Origin: Dehalococcoidia bacterium
GTDB taxonomy: Bacteria > Chloroflexota > Dehalococcoidia > UBA6926
Length of the DNA stretch: 64,000 nt
Reading direction: 5' to 3'
Assembly: GCA_009841045.1 (NCBI GenBank)
Contig: VXMO01000028.1
Coordinates: 2,916 to 66,915 of the forward strand
The notes below the pieces were generated by a model. The model was not told where the DNA came from, ran no database searches, and was given only the letters and a program-made list of their open reading frames with translations. The position numbers and the translations under genes were made by a program. Position 1 is the stretch's first letter, and every line of letters begins with the position of its first letter. Of the stretch, positions 50,195 through 59,493 are shown piece by piece.

Positions 50195-51139
50195 TTACCC
50201 GGCCTTTATGCCGGCGAGTTCCCGCGGCAACAGGAAGGTGACGTTTTCTTCCAGCGCCTTCAGCGTCCGTACGTCCTCTACCCCTGACGCCATGAAGTGC
50301 GCGATAACCTCTTCAACGAGGGAGTCCGGGGTAGACGCCCCGGAGGTGATGCCCACCGACTGCGCTCCCTCCAGCCAGGACTCATCAAGGTCCTGGAGGC
50401 TGTCAATAAGATATGCCCTGCACTGCCCTGTATTCGCCACCTCTCGCAGCCGCTGTGAGTTGCTGCTGTTCTCCGCGCCGAGCACGAGAACAACATCCGT
50501 CTCCTCTGCAAGCAGCTTCACGGCATCCTGTCGGTTCTGTGTGGCAAAGCAGATATCGGAACGTGCCGGCATTCGGATCTTGGGGAAGCGTGCCTTCAGG
50601 GCATCAACAATGTCTTTCGTCTCATCCACGCTCAGCGTCGTCTGCGTAACCAGCGCCACACGCTCCTCGTCGGGAACACTGACCGTGGTCACGTCATCCA
50701 TGTCCTGGACGAGGATGATATCGTCCGGGGCCTCTCCCATCGTGCCGATGATCTCATCGTGCCCGGCATGGCCCACGAGAAGAACCTTGTACCCGTCCCG
50801 AACGTAGCGGACGGCCTCCACGTGCACCTTTGTCACCAGCGGGCATGTGGCGTCGATAACGTCAAGGTCGCGTCCCTGCGCCATCTCCCGCACGATGGGG
50901 GCGATGCCGTGCGCGCTGAAGATGACCCGCCCTCCGGCCGGAACGGCGGATACTTCCTCAACGAACACCGCGCCCTTTCGCTCCAGATCGCGCACGACAA
51001 ACAGGTTGTGGACGATCTGCCTGCGGACATAGATAGGCGGGCCATACTGCGCGAGGGCAAGCTCAACCGCCTCGATGGCTCGGATCACGCCGGCGCAGAA
51101 GCCGCGCGGCTCCGCAAGGATAACTCTCTCAATATTCAC
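50195..51139 (-). CDS. ispH: 4-hydroxy-3-methylbut-2-enyl diphosphate reductase
   Basis: MNIERVILAEPRGFCAGV N-terminus and the three conserved Cys (CAGV, TCPLV, ICFATQNRQ). Confidence 0.9.
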   Translation of the reverse strand: MNIERVILAEPRGFCAGVIRAIEAVELALAQYGPPIYVRRQIVHNLFVVRDLERKGAVFVEEVSAVPAGGRVIFSAHGIAPIVREMAQGRDLDVIDATCPLVTKVHVEAVRYVRDGYKVLLVGHAGHDEIIGTMGEAPDDIILVQDMDDVTTVSVPDEERVALVTQTTLSVDETKDIVDALKARFPKIRMPARSDICFATQNRQDAVKLLAEETDVVLVLGAENSSNSQRLREVANTGQCRAYLIDSLQDLDESWLEGAQSVGITSGASTPDSLVEEVIAHFMASGVEDVRTLKALEENVTFLLPRELAGIKAG

Positions 51140-51311
51140 TGTATCGCCTTTACAATCAGCTGCGGACTGCCGACTACTTCAATCATACACGCAGCCCGCC
51201 TGCCCTCTCACCTATACGCATAGGCAATGTTGTTATAGTGGAGTTGGCGCGGAGAGCGGCTATGCCGTATAGTTTGCGATTCACGCGCCCCAACACCACC
51301 GGAGGTGGCTT

Positions 51312-52244
51312 GTGCAAGACATTCGTCTTCACCGAGAGATTCCCCGAAACGTCCGCACCGTCATCATGGCGTTCTATGGATGGACTGATGCCGGCGATGC
51401 CGCAACCGGCGCCGTTGAATTCCTCAGCCGCGCGCGCAACGCTGAAGTCATCGCCGAGTTCGACCCGGACGAGTTTTTCAACTTCACGGACTACCGCCCT
51501 ATCGTCAACGTCGATGACTCCGGCGTACGGTCTCTCACGTGGCCGCAGAACCGCTTCTATCTCGCGCCCGGCACGGACGCGACGGAGCCGCTTCTGCTCT
51601 TCTCCGGCATTGAGCCGCACCTGCGGTGGAAGCGATTCAGCAACCAGTTCGTTGATTTCATCCTCGAATGCGGCGTCGAACACATCATCTCGTTCGGCGC
51701 GCTGCTCAATGCCGTGCCACACACCCGCAAGCCGTATGTCAACGGCAGCAGCAGAACGCCGGAGATCAAGGCCACAATGGAGCGCCTCGGAATCGCGCGC
51801 GGCGGCTCCTACAACGGCCCCACGGGAATCTCGTCCGTCATTGCTGAGGCGTGCCAGCGGCGCGGCATCGGCTCCTCCAGCTTCTGGGGCCACGTGCCGC
51901 ACTACATCCAGACATCACCGAACCCCACCATCATCCACGCCATCCTGGATACTCTTAGGCAGTCCATGGGCATCGGCGCAGATCTCCGCGAGCTGGAGGG
52001 CGAATCCGCGGCGTTCTACGAGCAATGCGAGGAGGCCATCGAGGAAGAGCCGTCCATGAGGCAGTACGTCCGCAAACTGGAGCAGTACTACGACGAGACG
52101 GAGGCGGAGCAGCAGTCCGGTCGACCAAGCAGCACGGGCCTCATCACCCCCGGCTCACCGGAGTTCCCGGACGCCCAGGATCTCGTCGACGACCTTGAAG
52201 ACTTCCTCCGCCGCCGCCCACCCTTCAACGGCTCCTCTTCATAA
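51312..52244 (+). CDS. PAC2 (proteasome-assembly-chaperone-2-like) family protein
   Basis: GTG follows GGAGGTG. VIMAFYGWTDAGDAATGAVEFL is the family N-terminal signature. Confidence 0.65.
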   Translation: MQDIRLHREIPRNVRTVIMAFYGWTDAGDAATGAVEFLSRARNAEVIAEFDPDEFFNFTDYRPIVNVDDSGVRSLTWPQNRFYLAPGTDATEPLLLFSGIEPHLRWKRFSNQFVDFILECGVEHIISFGALLNAVPHTRKPYVNGSSRTPEIKATMERLGIARGGSYNGPTGISSVIAEACQRRGIGSSSFWGHVPHYIQTSPNPTIIHAILDTLRQSMGIGADLRELEGESAAFYEQCEEAIEEEPSMRQYVRKLEQYYDETEAEQQSGRPSSTGLITPGSPEFPDAQDLVDDLEDFLRRRPPFNGSSS

Positions 52245-52309
52245 CCCAACACCCCTACCCCGCTATTGCGTCGCCTTAGTCAGGTGAGCGCGTACCGCTT
52301 AGCACCCTA

Positions 52310-52344
52310 CCCGTTCGCCCTGAGCCTGTCGAAGGGTGAACGGG
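52310..52344. repeat. dispersed element family B copy (CCCGTTCGCCC-TGAGCCTGTCGAAGG-GTGAACGGG)
   Basis: Core TGAGCCTGTCGAAGG shared with 11001, 57153 and 59361. The arms differ but stay complementary. Confidence 0.6.
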
Positions 52345-52367
52345 AACTACAGTTAGAATAAGATAGA

Positions 52368-52441
52368 CGGGGCGTAGCGCAGCCCGGCAGCGCGCCTGCT
52401 TTGGGAGCAGGAAGTCCCCGGTTCAAATCCGGGCGCCCCGA
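52368..52441 (+). tRNA. tRNA-Pro (anticodon TGG)
   Basis: Acceptor stem CGGGGCG/CGCCCCG, D-arm AGCGCAGCCCGGCAGCGC, anticodon loop CTTTGGGAG, T-arm GGTTCAAATCC. CCA is not encoded. Confidence 0.85.
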
Positions 52442-52451
52442 CTTCCACCTT

Positions 52452-52476
52452 CGTCATTCCCGCGAAAGCGGGAATC
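52452..52476. repeat. dispersed element family A copy (ATTCCCGC-GAAA-GCGGGAAT)
   Basis: Perfect 8-bp stem with a GAAA loop. Flanks CGTC...C. Confidence 0.6.
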
Positions 52477-52494
52477 TATTGCATATTCCGCAGC

Positions 52495-53733
52495 CTACGC
52501 CGCCTCGCCCTCACGCCGCACCGTCCCAATGCCGCGGCTCATGGCGGCGAGGGCCAAAACGATGCATCCAATCGCCAAGATGCCCGCGACCAAGTACGGC
52601 ACCCCAGTTGGTGCTGCAGAAGACGCATCGGCGATGGAACCGCTCATCGCTGCTCCCGCGGCCACGCCAAGAGAGTACGCGCCGTAAAAAATGCCGAACG
52701 CTCGCCCCCGATGGCGGGTTCCGCCTGAATCGGCCACGAGGGCGGCGGCGGCGGGAAACAGGAGCCCAAACCCCAGCCCGACGACACCCATGCCCAGGAA
52801 GACCGCCCACACGTCCTGGTTGGCCGCCATCAGAACAAGGCCCGCCCCGAAGAGCAACAGTCCCCCACTAACGATGGCGAGTCGGTTGAAGCGGTCCCCA
52901 AAGACGCCCATCGCCCCCACCATCATGATGAGCGCCATCACCGCGTACAGGGTGAAAGCCGTCCCTGAGGTCCTCGACGTCTCCCCCAGTTCTTCCACGT
53001 GCAGCGGCATATAGGCCGCAAGTGTGCCAATTCCAATCGTCAGTGCAACGACAACCACGGACGCAACGGTCAAACCCACTGCATCCAAGCGGCCGTTTCC
53101 TAGCTCCTCAGCAGTCTCAGCAACCTCTTGGTCGCTAGGCGTCTCCCCCACCCCACGCGACCCAATCACATAGATCACTGCCGTCACTGCCATCAACCCT
53201 GCCGCGATGAGAAACACCGGTTCATATCCGATCCTGTCAGCGAGGATTCCTGCAGACGCCGGGCCCACCACGGCGGCAACCGCGATGCCTGCCGCGCTGC
53301 GCCCCATCCTCCTCGCTCGCTGTCCCTGTTGGGTGGAGTCTCCAAGCATCGCAAACGCCCCGGGAGTCAGCACTGCGGCGGCGATTCCGTGTAGCCCTCT
53401 GACGGCAAGAAGCACCTCTGCACTGTTGGCCACGGCATATCCCGCAAGAGCGAGCGCAGTGACCACCAAGCCCGTCGTGATGGGAATTCTCCGACCAAAC
53501 CGATCCAAAAAATAACCCGCCACGACATTGCCCGGCAGGTTCGTAATCGAGTACGCCGCGACAATGATGCCAACCATCGTGGCGGACGCGCCCAGATCAT
53601 CCGCATACGTCGGAACCAGCGGTAGCCCGATGAAGAAATCAAGGAACGCGACGAAGACAACAAGCGTCGCGAGTTGAGCGCTGCGCCGCCCGGTGATTCC
53701 CGGTGCGACGGCAATGTGGTTCGATGATGACAT
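52495..53733 (-). CDS. MFS transporter
   Basis: 412 aa, 12 predicted TM helices, MFS motif A (GYFLDRFGRR). Confidence 0.8.
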   Translation of the reverse strand: MSSSNHIAVAPGITGRRSAQLATLVVFVAFLDFFIGLPLVPTYADDLGASATMVGIIVAAYSITNLPGNVVAGYFLDRFGRRIPITTGLVVTALALAGYAVANSAEVLLAVRGLHGIAAAVLTPGAFAMLGDSTQQGQRARRMGRSAAGIAVAAVVGPASAGILADRIGYEPVFLIAAGLMAVTAVIYVIGSRGVGETPSDQEVAETAEELGNGRLDAVGLTVASVVVVALTIGIGTLAAYMPLHVEELGETSRTSGTAFTLYAVMALIMMVGAMGVFGDRFNRLAIVSGGLLLFGAGLVLMAANQDVWAVFLGMGVVGLGFGLLFPAAAALVADSGGTRHRGRAFGIFYGAYSLGVAAGAAMSGSIADASSAAPTGVPYLVAGILAIGCIVLALAAMSRGIGTVRREGEAA

Positions 53734-53847
53734 GACCTATATTCCGACCCTGCCCTGACGCACGATAAGGCGCTGTCACACTAACGTATCACGGACGGTG
53801 CTCAAGCTATCATCGATAAGAGGATTAGGGGGAGGGGCAGCCTTCCC

Positions 53848-53875
53848 CTCATTCCTGCGAAAGCAGGAATCCATC
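53848..53875. repeat. dispersed element family A copy (ATTCCTGC-GAAA-GCAGGAAT)
   Basis: Immediately followed by a family D copy. Confidence 0.6.
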
Positions 53876-53880
53876 GGATC

Positions 53881-53915
53881 CCCTCTCCCTGAAGGAGAGG
53901 GTTGGGGTGAGGGGG
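53881..53915. repeat. dispersed element family D copy
   Basis: CCCTCTCC-CTGAA-GGAGAGGG then GTTGGGGTGAGGGGG. Matches 40727-40770. Confidence 0.55.
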
Positions 53916-53924
53916 AACATAGCT

Positions 53925-54290
53925 ATGGCATCGGTCCGATACATCGTGAAAGACGTGGATGCGGCGGTGGAGTTCTATACGTCACTGTTGGATTTCTCGG
54001 TGGCTGAACAGTACGGCCCCGCCATGGCAATTGTGATTCGCGGCGATCTGCGCCTCTGGCTGGCCGGACCGCGAGCCTCCGCGTCCCGCCCTATGCCCGA
54101 CGGCCGCCAGCCTGAGCCGGGCGGCTGGGCGCGTATCGTCATCGAAACCGACGATATCGAGTCCACCGCCGCCGCCCTACGTGACGCGGGCGCGGCCTTC
54201 CGCAATGACATTATCAGCGGCCCCGGCGGCAGGCAGGTCATCGTGGAAGACCCCTCCGGCAACCCAATCGAGATATTCCAACCCGGCTAA
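53925..54290 (+). CDS. VOC (glyoxalase) family protein
   Basis: ATG at 53925. 122 aa with a single VOC module. Confidence 0.6.
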   Translation: MASVRYIVKDVDAAVEFYTSLLDFSVAEQYGPAMAIVIRGDLRLWLAGPRASASRPMPDGRQPEPGGWARIVIETDDIESTAAALRDAGAAFRNDIISGPGGRQVIVEDPSGNPIEIFQPG

Positions 54291-54339
54291 TTCCCCAACC
54301 CCATTACTATGGACAAAGCAACTGCAAATGGGAGGAACT

Positions 54340-55137
54340 ATGCCCGGCCTGCATGAATTCAGCCTTGACGGAAAGACGGCAATCGTCACCGGCGCCGGTC
54401 AGGGAATCGGCAAGGGCATCGCCCTCGCGCTTGCCGAGGCCGGAGCGGACGTTGTCGTCGCCGGCATCACTGTCGCGGACCGCTCGCGTTCAGAGGCCGA
54501 CCTTGAAGCAACGGCGGATGAGATACGTCTCCTTGGCCGCTCTGCCCTGCCCGTCGTCACGGACGCCCGCGACGCCACAGATGTTCAAGCGCTGATTGAC
54601 GCCGCGCTTGCGGAGTTCGACAGTCTGGACATCATGGTCAACAACGCGGGCGGCAGCTTCTACGCCCGTTTCCCGGACATCAGTGAGGGCGGCTTTGAGG
54701 CAATCGTCCGCAACAACCTCAAGAGCACATTCCTGTGCTGCCAAGCCGCGGGAGCCGTTATGCGTGAACGAGAGACCGGTGTCATCATCAACCTCTCATC
54801 CGGCGCGGCATTTTCCGGCTCCATCGCCCAGCCTGTCTACGCCGCCACCAAGGCGGGCATCACCAACCTCACGCAAACGCTGGCCGCCGAGTTCGCCCCC
54901 CACGTCCGCGTCGTCGCCTTGGCCCCCGGACTCACGGACACCGTCGGCATGAGAGCGGGCTACGGCGACGAGGCCGAGGCAAGAGTCGCGGCACAGGCCC
55001 AGACCATGGCCGCCAAGCGCCTCGCCACACCGCGAGACATGGGGCTGGCCTGCGTCTTCCTCGCCAGCGACGCCGCGTCCTATGTCAGCGGCATCACCCT
55101 GCGCGTCGACGGCGGCGGACGCGCCGCCGACGACTAA
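54340..55137 (+). CDS. SDR family oxidoreductase
   Basis: ATG follows GGGAGGAAC. TGAGQGIGKG cofactor loop and YAATKAG catalytic YxxxK. Confidence 0.85.
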   Translation: MPGLHEFSLDGKTAIVTGAGQGIGKGIALALAEAGADVVVAGITVADRSRSEADLEATADEIRLLGRSALPVVTDARDATDVQALIDAALAEFDSLDIMVNNAGGSFYARFPDISEGGFEAIVRNNLKSTFLCCQAAGAVMRERETGVIINLSSGAAFSGSIAQPVYAATKAGITNLTQTLAAEFAPHVRVVALAPGLTDTVGMRAGYGDEAEARVAAQAQTMAAKRLATPRDMGLACVFLASDAASYVSGITLRVDGGGRAADD

Positions 55138-55152
55138 TCTTGGAGAGAATCC

Positions 55153-55920
55153 ATGCCGGATTTCATCGACCTTCTGGAACAATTCAATCGTAAAGAGCGC
55201 TTCTTCCTGTTTCTCCGAGCGACAGGAGAAGACGAGCTCAGACTTTCGGCTGCCTTTAGGGAGCAACTGAGTCAAGAAATTGGCATTCCAGTACCTGAGA
55301 CTGCGTACGCGGCCACGGACTACCATCTTGATTGGTTGGCGGCAAGTGTCGTTGCCTATCAACATGAGCAAGCCGGCAAGCAATTCCTTGGGAATATTTT
55401 CCCCAATCACGGGGAACAGAAGATCGTCACAGGCAGCCAAGAAGACATCGACCTCTTGGTGGCTTTTCCAGCACAGGATGGTTTCCATATTGTCCTTGTT
55501 GAGGCGAAGGGTTACGAAAGATGGAGCATCAGTCAACTCAATAGCAAGGCTGAACGATTGAAGCGGATTTTTCCCAATCCAGGCAAAGATGGCATAACGC
55601 CCCACTTTTGTCTGGCGTCCAATGCGACTTCGCGTCCACCGAGGGGGAATAAAGTCACGCTTTGGCCCGAGTGGATGCGTAAGCACACTGAGCCATATTG
55701 GATAGAACTTGATTTGCCAAGAATGCGCCGTAGCGTGACAAGAACAGACAAGCTCGGCAATAGAACCAAGCGGGGCAGAATGTTCAAGATAGTAACGCTG
55801 GAGGACAACAAAGTTCGACGAACACAAGATAGGAGATTTGAGAAAGGTACTCCAAATCGTCTGACAAGGACAGGACAGAAAGATAGGCGTTACAGGGTCA
55901 ACCGAAAGTCTAACTTATGA
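55153..55920 (+). CDS. hypothetical protein with a PD-(D/E)xK nuclease-like motif and a basic tail, in a low-GC segment
   Basis: DIDLLVAFPAQDGFHIVLVEAKGYE (D...ExK). C-terminal 80 aa very Arg/Lys-rich. GC about 50% against about 65% in the flanks. Confidence 0.5.
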   Translation: MPDFIDLLEQFNRKERFFLFLRATGEDELRLSAAFREQLSQEIGIPVPETAYAATDYHLDWLAASVVAYQHEQAGKQFLGNIFPNHGEQKIVTGSQEDIDLLVAFPAQDGFHIVLVEAKGYERWSISQLNSKAERLKRIFPNPGKDGITPHFCLASNATSRPPRGNKVTLWPEWMRKHTEPYWIELDLPRMRRSVTRTDKLGNRTKRGRMFKIVTLEDNKVRRTQDRRFEKGTPNRLTRTGQKDRRYRVNRKSNL

Positions 55921-57140
55921 CCCTCGACGATACCCTTTCCGAGGAGCTGCGCATCCTGCGCCACTCCGTGCGTGAGCTGGTGCGGGATAAGGTCGCTCCC
56001 CGCGCATGGCAGATCGACCAGGACCGCGACTATCCGGAGGATGTCTTTGCAGCCTTTCGCGATCAGGGCCTGTTCGCCTTGGCGCTCCCTGAGAACGAGG
56101 GTGGAACGGACGCAGGAACGATGGGCCTCGCCATCGCCGTCGAAGAGGTTGCGCGGGCCTGCGCCTCCTCCGCGCAGATACTCATACTCTCCGCGCTCGT
56201 CACGTGGCCGATGCGACTCTTCGGCACGGATGATATGCGACAAAACTATGTCCACGCTGTCGCGGACGGCAGCAAGCGCGGCTCCTTCGCCCTGACCGAA
56301 CCCAACGCCTCCTCCGATCTCGGCTCCATGGTCACACGTGCCGAGAAAGACGGCCCCGACTACATACTCAACGGAGAAAAGGACTTCATCAGCGGCTCCC
56401 CGCAGGCGGATTTCTTCATCGTCTTTGCCGGCGCGGGCGATAACGCAGACATGCGAGAAAGCATGACCGCGTTCCTCGTCGATGTCCCGCAGCCCGGCGT
56501 CATCTTTCTCCGCCGCGATGAGGGCATGGGCCTCAAGGGGATGCCCCACTGCGATTGGTCGTTTGACAACTGCCGCACGCCGGAGTCGCATCTAATCGGC
56601 GGCATTGGGAAAGGAGAGGAGATCGCCCGCCTCAGCATGAACGCCATCCAGCCGCTGCTCGCCGCCCGTGGACTCGGCGCGGCGGAGGAGGCGCTGGCAT
56701 TCGCGCGCGACTACGCCAACACGCGCCGCATCTACGGCGGCCTGCTCGCAGACCTGCAGACCACCCAGCTCCACCTTGCTGAGATGGCCGTCAACGTCGA
56801 AGCAACACGGCTGCTAACCTATCAGGCCGCGCGCATGGTGGACGAAGACCGGTTCCGTGACGAAGTCGACGCCGCCTACCTGAACGCCGCCAAACTCATG
56901 TCCGCTCGTACCGCCGTCCACGCAACCGATCACGCCATGCAGGCCGTCGGCGGCCACGCCTATATGGAAGTCCACCCGCTGGAGCGCATGTACCGTGACG
57001 CCCGCCACCTGGGCCTCTACATGGGTACGAGCGAGGTGCTCAGCCTGCGCGTCGCCCGTTCAGTGCTGGACGGCTCGCTCGGCTACGGGCCGTCCGTCTC
57101 TCGCCAATCAACCGAGGAACGTTCGCGTCGGCAGGGGTAG
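55917..57140 (+). CDS. acyl-CoA dehydrogenase
   Basis: 407 aa. ACAD N, middle and C domains, with the catalytic region near YAATKAG absent but the ACAD signature GGHAYMEVHPLERMYRDARHLGLYMGTSE present. Confidence 0.85.
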   Translation: MTLDDTLSEELRILRHSVRELVRDKVAPRAWQIDQDRDYPEDVFAAFRDQGLFALALPENEGGTDAGTMGLAIAVEEVARACASSAQILILSALVTWPMRLFGTDDMRQNYVHAVADGSKRGSFALTEPNASSDLGSMVTRAEKDGPDYILNGEKDFISGSPQADFFIVFAGAGDNADMRESMTAFLVDVPQPGVIFLRRDEGMGLKGMPHCDWSFDNCRTPESHLIGGIGKGEEIARLSMNAIQPLLAARGLGAAEEALAFARDYANTRRIYGGLLADLQTTQLHLAEMAVNVEATRLLTYQAARMVDEDRFRDEVDAAYLNAAKLMSARTAVHATDHAMQAVGGHAYMEVHPLERMYRDARHLGLYMGTSEVLSLRVARSVLDGSLGYGPSVSRQSTEERSRRQG

Positions 57141-57152
57141 GATAAGGGGGTG

Positions 57153-57188
57153 CCCGCTCATCCTGAGCCTGTCGAAGGATGAGAGCGG
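57153..57188. repeat. dispersed element family B copy
   Basis: CCCGCTCATCC-TGAGCCTGTCGAAGG-ATGAGAGCGG. It sits between the ACAD stop and the MBL-gene RBS. Confidence 0.6.
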
Positions 57189-57202
57189 ATAGGAGGGGTA
57201 GG

Positions 57203-58084
57203 ATGTCCGAATTCACGATGCAGGTCGGCGATGCGGAAATCATCGCCGTGACGGACATGAACATCATCTATCCGCGGCCATTGCCGGAGCTTTTCCCTGC
57301 CGTGCCCGTTGAGGCGTGGGACGCGTATCGGGAAGAATTCGCGGACACGTTCGCGGGCAACCACATCCGGTTGGAAATCGGCTGCTACGTCGTTCGCTCG
57401 CAGGGGCGGACAATTCTCATTGACACCGGCTACGGCCCCGGCCCCATAGAGGGAGAACTCGGCCAACTTATGGACAATCTATCCGCCGCCGGGGTTGAGG
57501 CCGGTGACGTGGATGTGGTCTTCTTCTCGCATCTTCACCCCGACCACACCGGCTGGAACACGGTTTGGGGAGAAGCGGAAGAAATTCCCACTGAGCCAAC
57601 GTTCCCCAACGCGCGCTATGTTGTGCACGAGCTTGATCTTGAACACTTTCGCAAGCCGGAGACGCAGGCGGCAATGTCGTTCCCGTTCATGTACCGCGAC
57701 GTGGAGCCGCTGGACACACTCGGAATCCTGGACACGATCGATGAAGACACGAACCTCACGCCCGAGGTGAGAGCAGTTCACACTCCCGGCCACACACCGG
57801 GTCACATGAGTGTCGTCGTTGAGTCCGGCGGCCAGGACGCCATCATCCAGGGCGACATATTCATCCACCCTGCGCAGGTTGTTGAGGACGAGTGGAATTG
57901 CATCTTTGACGTCGATTGGCCGTTGGCAACCGAGGTGCGTCGCAAGATGCTGGACGACGCCGCTGACAAAGGTACGCCGCTGATCTCCTGCCACTTTCCC
58001 CTGCCCGGTTTCGGTCGAATCGGCCGCAAGGGAGGCAAGAGGTACTACCAGGTCGGCCTGGACATCATGCCGGTCAACAACTAG
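57203..58084 (+). CDS. MBL-fold metallo-hydrolase
   Basis: ATG follows AGGAGGGG. HLHPDHTG (HxHxDH) motif. Confidence 0.8.
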   Translation: MSEFTMQVGDAEIIAVTDMNIIYPRPLPELFPAVPVEAWDAYREEFADTFAGNHIRLEIGCYVVRSQGRTILIDTGYGPGPIEGELGQLMDNLSAAGVEAGDVDVVFFSHLHPDHTGWNTVWGEAEEIPTEPTFPNARYVVHELDLEHFRKPETQAAMSFPFMYRDVEPLDTLGILDTIDEDTNLTPEVRAVHTPGHTPGHMSVVVESGGQDAIIQGDIFIHPAQVVEDEWNCIFDVDWPLATEVRRKMLDDAADKGTPLISCHFPLPGFGRIGRKGGKRYYQVGLDIMPVNN

Positions 58085-58095
58085 GAGAAATCGAC

Positions 58096-59343
58096 ATGGC
58101 AACTGACAACGCTCAAAAAATTCTCGACAGCATCAATACCGCCGAGATGACGAGTCTTGCGGAACAGCTTGTCAGCATTCCGAGCTTTAAGACGGAGGAG
58201 ACGGAAGTCGCTCGTTTCCTGGAGGGATATTTCTCGGATCGCGGCTACGAGGTCCAGGTACAGGAGGTGGAGCCGGGCCGATTGCAGACCATCGCCATAC
58301 TGCGCGGCACGGGCGGCGGCAAGTCCTTCATGCTCAACGGCCACACGGACATTGATCCACTCGCCATGGGATGGAAACGCGACCCGTGGACTCCCAGCGT
58401 GGAGGATGACCGCATCTACGGCGGAGGCATCCGCAACATGAAGGCCGGCGTCGCCTCCATGATCACCGCGGCGGAGGCGCTGCGAACATCAGGCGTGGAA
58501 CGACGCGGCGACATCGTTATCGCATGTGTTGTCGGCGAGCTGCAGGGCGGCGTCGGAACAATTTACCTCTGTGAGAACGGCCCGCTCGCGGACATGGCCG
58601 TCATCCCGGAGCCGCACGGCGCGAACAACATCCTGACCACGCACGCGGGCGTTGTTGAGTTCGCTGTCCACATCATCGGCAACTCCCGCCACATCGTCCG
58701 CAAGGATGAGGCCGTTGACGCCATCGCCAACATGGCCAAAGCCATCCCCGCCCTCAACGCCGTCCAATTCACCCACACCCCGCGAGAAGACCTCCCCGGC
58801 CTACCCCGCATCAACGTTGGCGCGATCATCGGCGGGCGCGGGCGCGACTATGACCTGCGCGGCCCCAACTGGGTCGCGGATTTCTGCACTGCCCTCGTCG
58901 ACGTGCGTTTCCTGCCCGGCATGTCCTCTGAATCCGTCAGGGCGGACATTGAACGCGCGCTGGACGCCATCAAGAGCGACGACCCTGATTTCCAGTACGA
59001 AATCGAGATGCCCCCCGACCCGAAACACCGCGTGTTCACGCGCGTGATGGAGCCTTTTGATCTGCCCAAGGACGAGTACATCGTTGATGCTGTGTTGCGG
59101 AGTTTCCGCGCCGTGACGGGCCGTGAACCGGACGGTTTCGGCACGGTTCTGCCCGGCTCCTACACCGGCGACGACACCACGCACCTCTGGCGCGCCGGCG
59201 TCTCGTGCCTCCTCTATGGCGCTGGTGGCGCGTCTGAATCGGAGACCATCCCCGATGAATACGTCCGCATCCCGGACATGGAGCAGGTCGCCCGCGTCCT
59301 CGCCCTCACTGCCCTGGACGTAATCAGCTTGCCCGCTGACTAG
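58096..59343 (+). CDS. M20-family metallopeptidase (ArgE/DapE-like)
   Basis: 415 aa. Metal-binding blocks HTDIDP, a GGGIRNMKAG-like dimerisation lid, and a C-terminal ...YGAGG. Confidence 0.75.
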   Translation: MATDNAQKILDSINTAEMTSLAEQLVSIPSFKTEETEVARFLEGYFSDRGYEVQVQEVEPGRLQTIAILRGTGGGKSFMLNGHTDIDPLAMGWKRDPWTPSVEDDRIYGGGIRNMKAGVASMITAAEALRTSGVERRGDIVIACVVGELQGGVGTIYLCENGPLADMAVIPEPHGANNILTTHAGVVEFAVHIIGNSRHIVRKDEAVDAIANMAKAIPALNAVQFTHTPREDLPGLPRINVGAIIGGRGRDYDLRGPNWVADFCTALVDVRFLPGMSSESVRADIERALDAIKSDDPDFQYEIEMPPDPKHRVFTRVMEPFDLPKDEYIVDAVLRSFRAVTGREPDGFGTVLPGSYTGDDTTHLWRAGVSCLLYGAGGASESETIPDEYVRIPDMEQVARVLALTALDVISLPAD

Positions 59344-59345
59344 CC

Positions 59346-59402
59346 CGTCATTCCCGCCGCCTCCCGTTCGCCCTGAGCCTGTCGAAGGGGGCTCCCGAAC
59401 GG
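59346..59402. repeat. composite: a truncated family A element followed by a family B copy
   Basis: CGTCATTCCCGC then CTCCCGTTCGCCC-TGAGCCTGTCGAAGG-GGGCTCCCGAACGGAGG. Confidence 0.5.
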
Positions 59403-59493
59403 AGGAGATATACCTTCCTCATTCCGCCCCCACGCCGGAACGCGGCAGACCAACCAATTCCTCAACCAAGCAGGAGCGCGAACTTCAAAAAAC

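Noticed and set aside
52368-52441. Integration site at tRNA-Pro (looked for integrase or att duplication)
   Set aside because: No integrase or phage genes on either side. Flanking sequences are the short family A/B palindromic elements, not a duplicated tRNA 3' end.
54796-55827. 343-aa - strand ORF spanning the SDR gene and the low-GC gene
   Set aside because: Antisense to two + strand genes that have clear motifs and RBSs. Its composition changes mid-ORF exactly at the GC boundary, as expected for a non-coding antisense frame.
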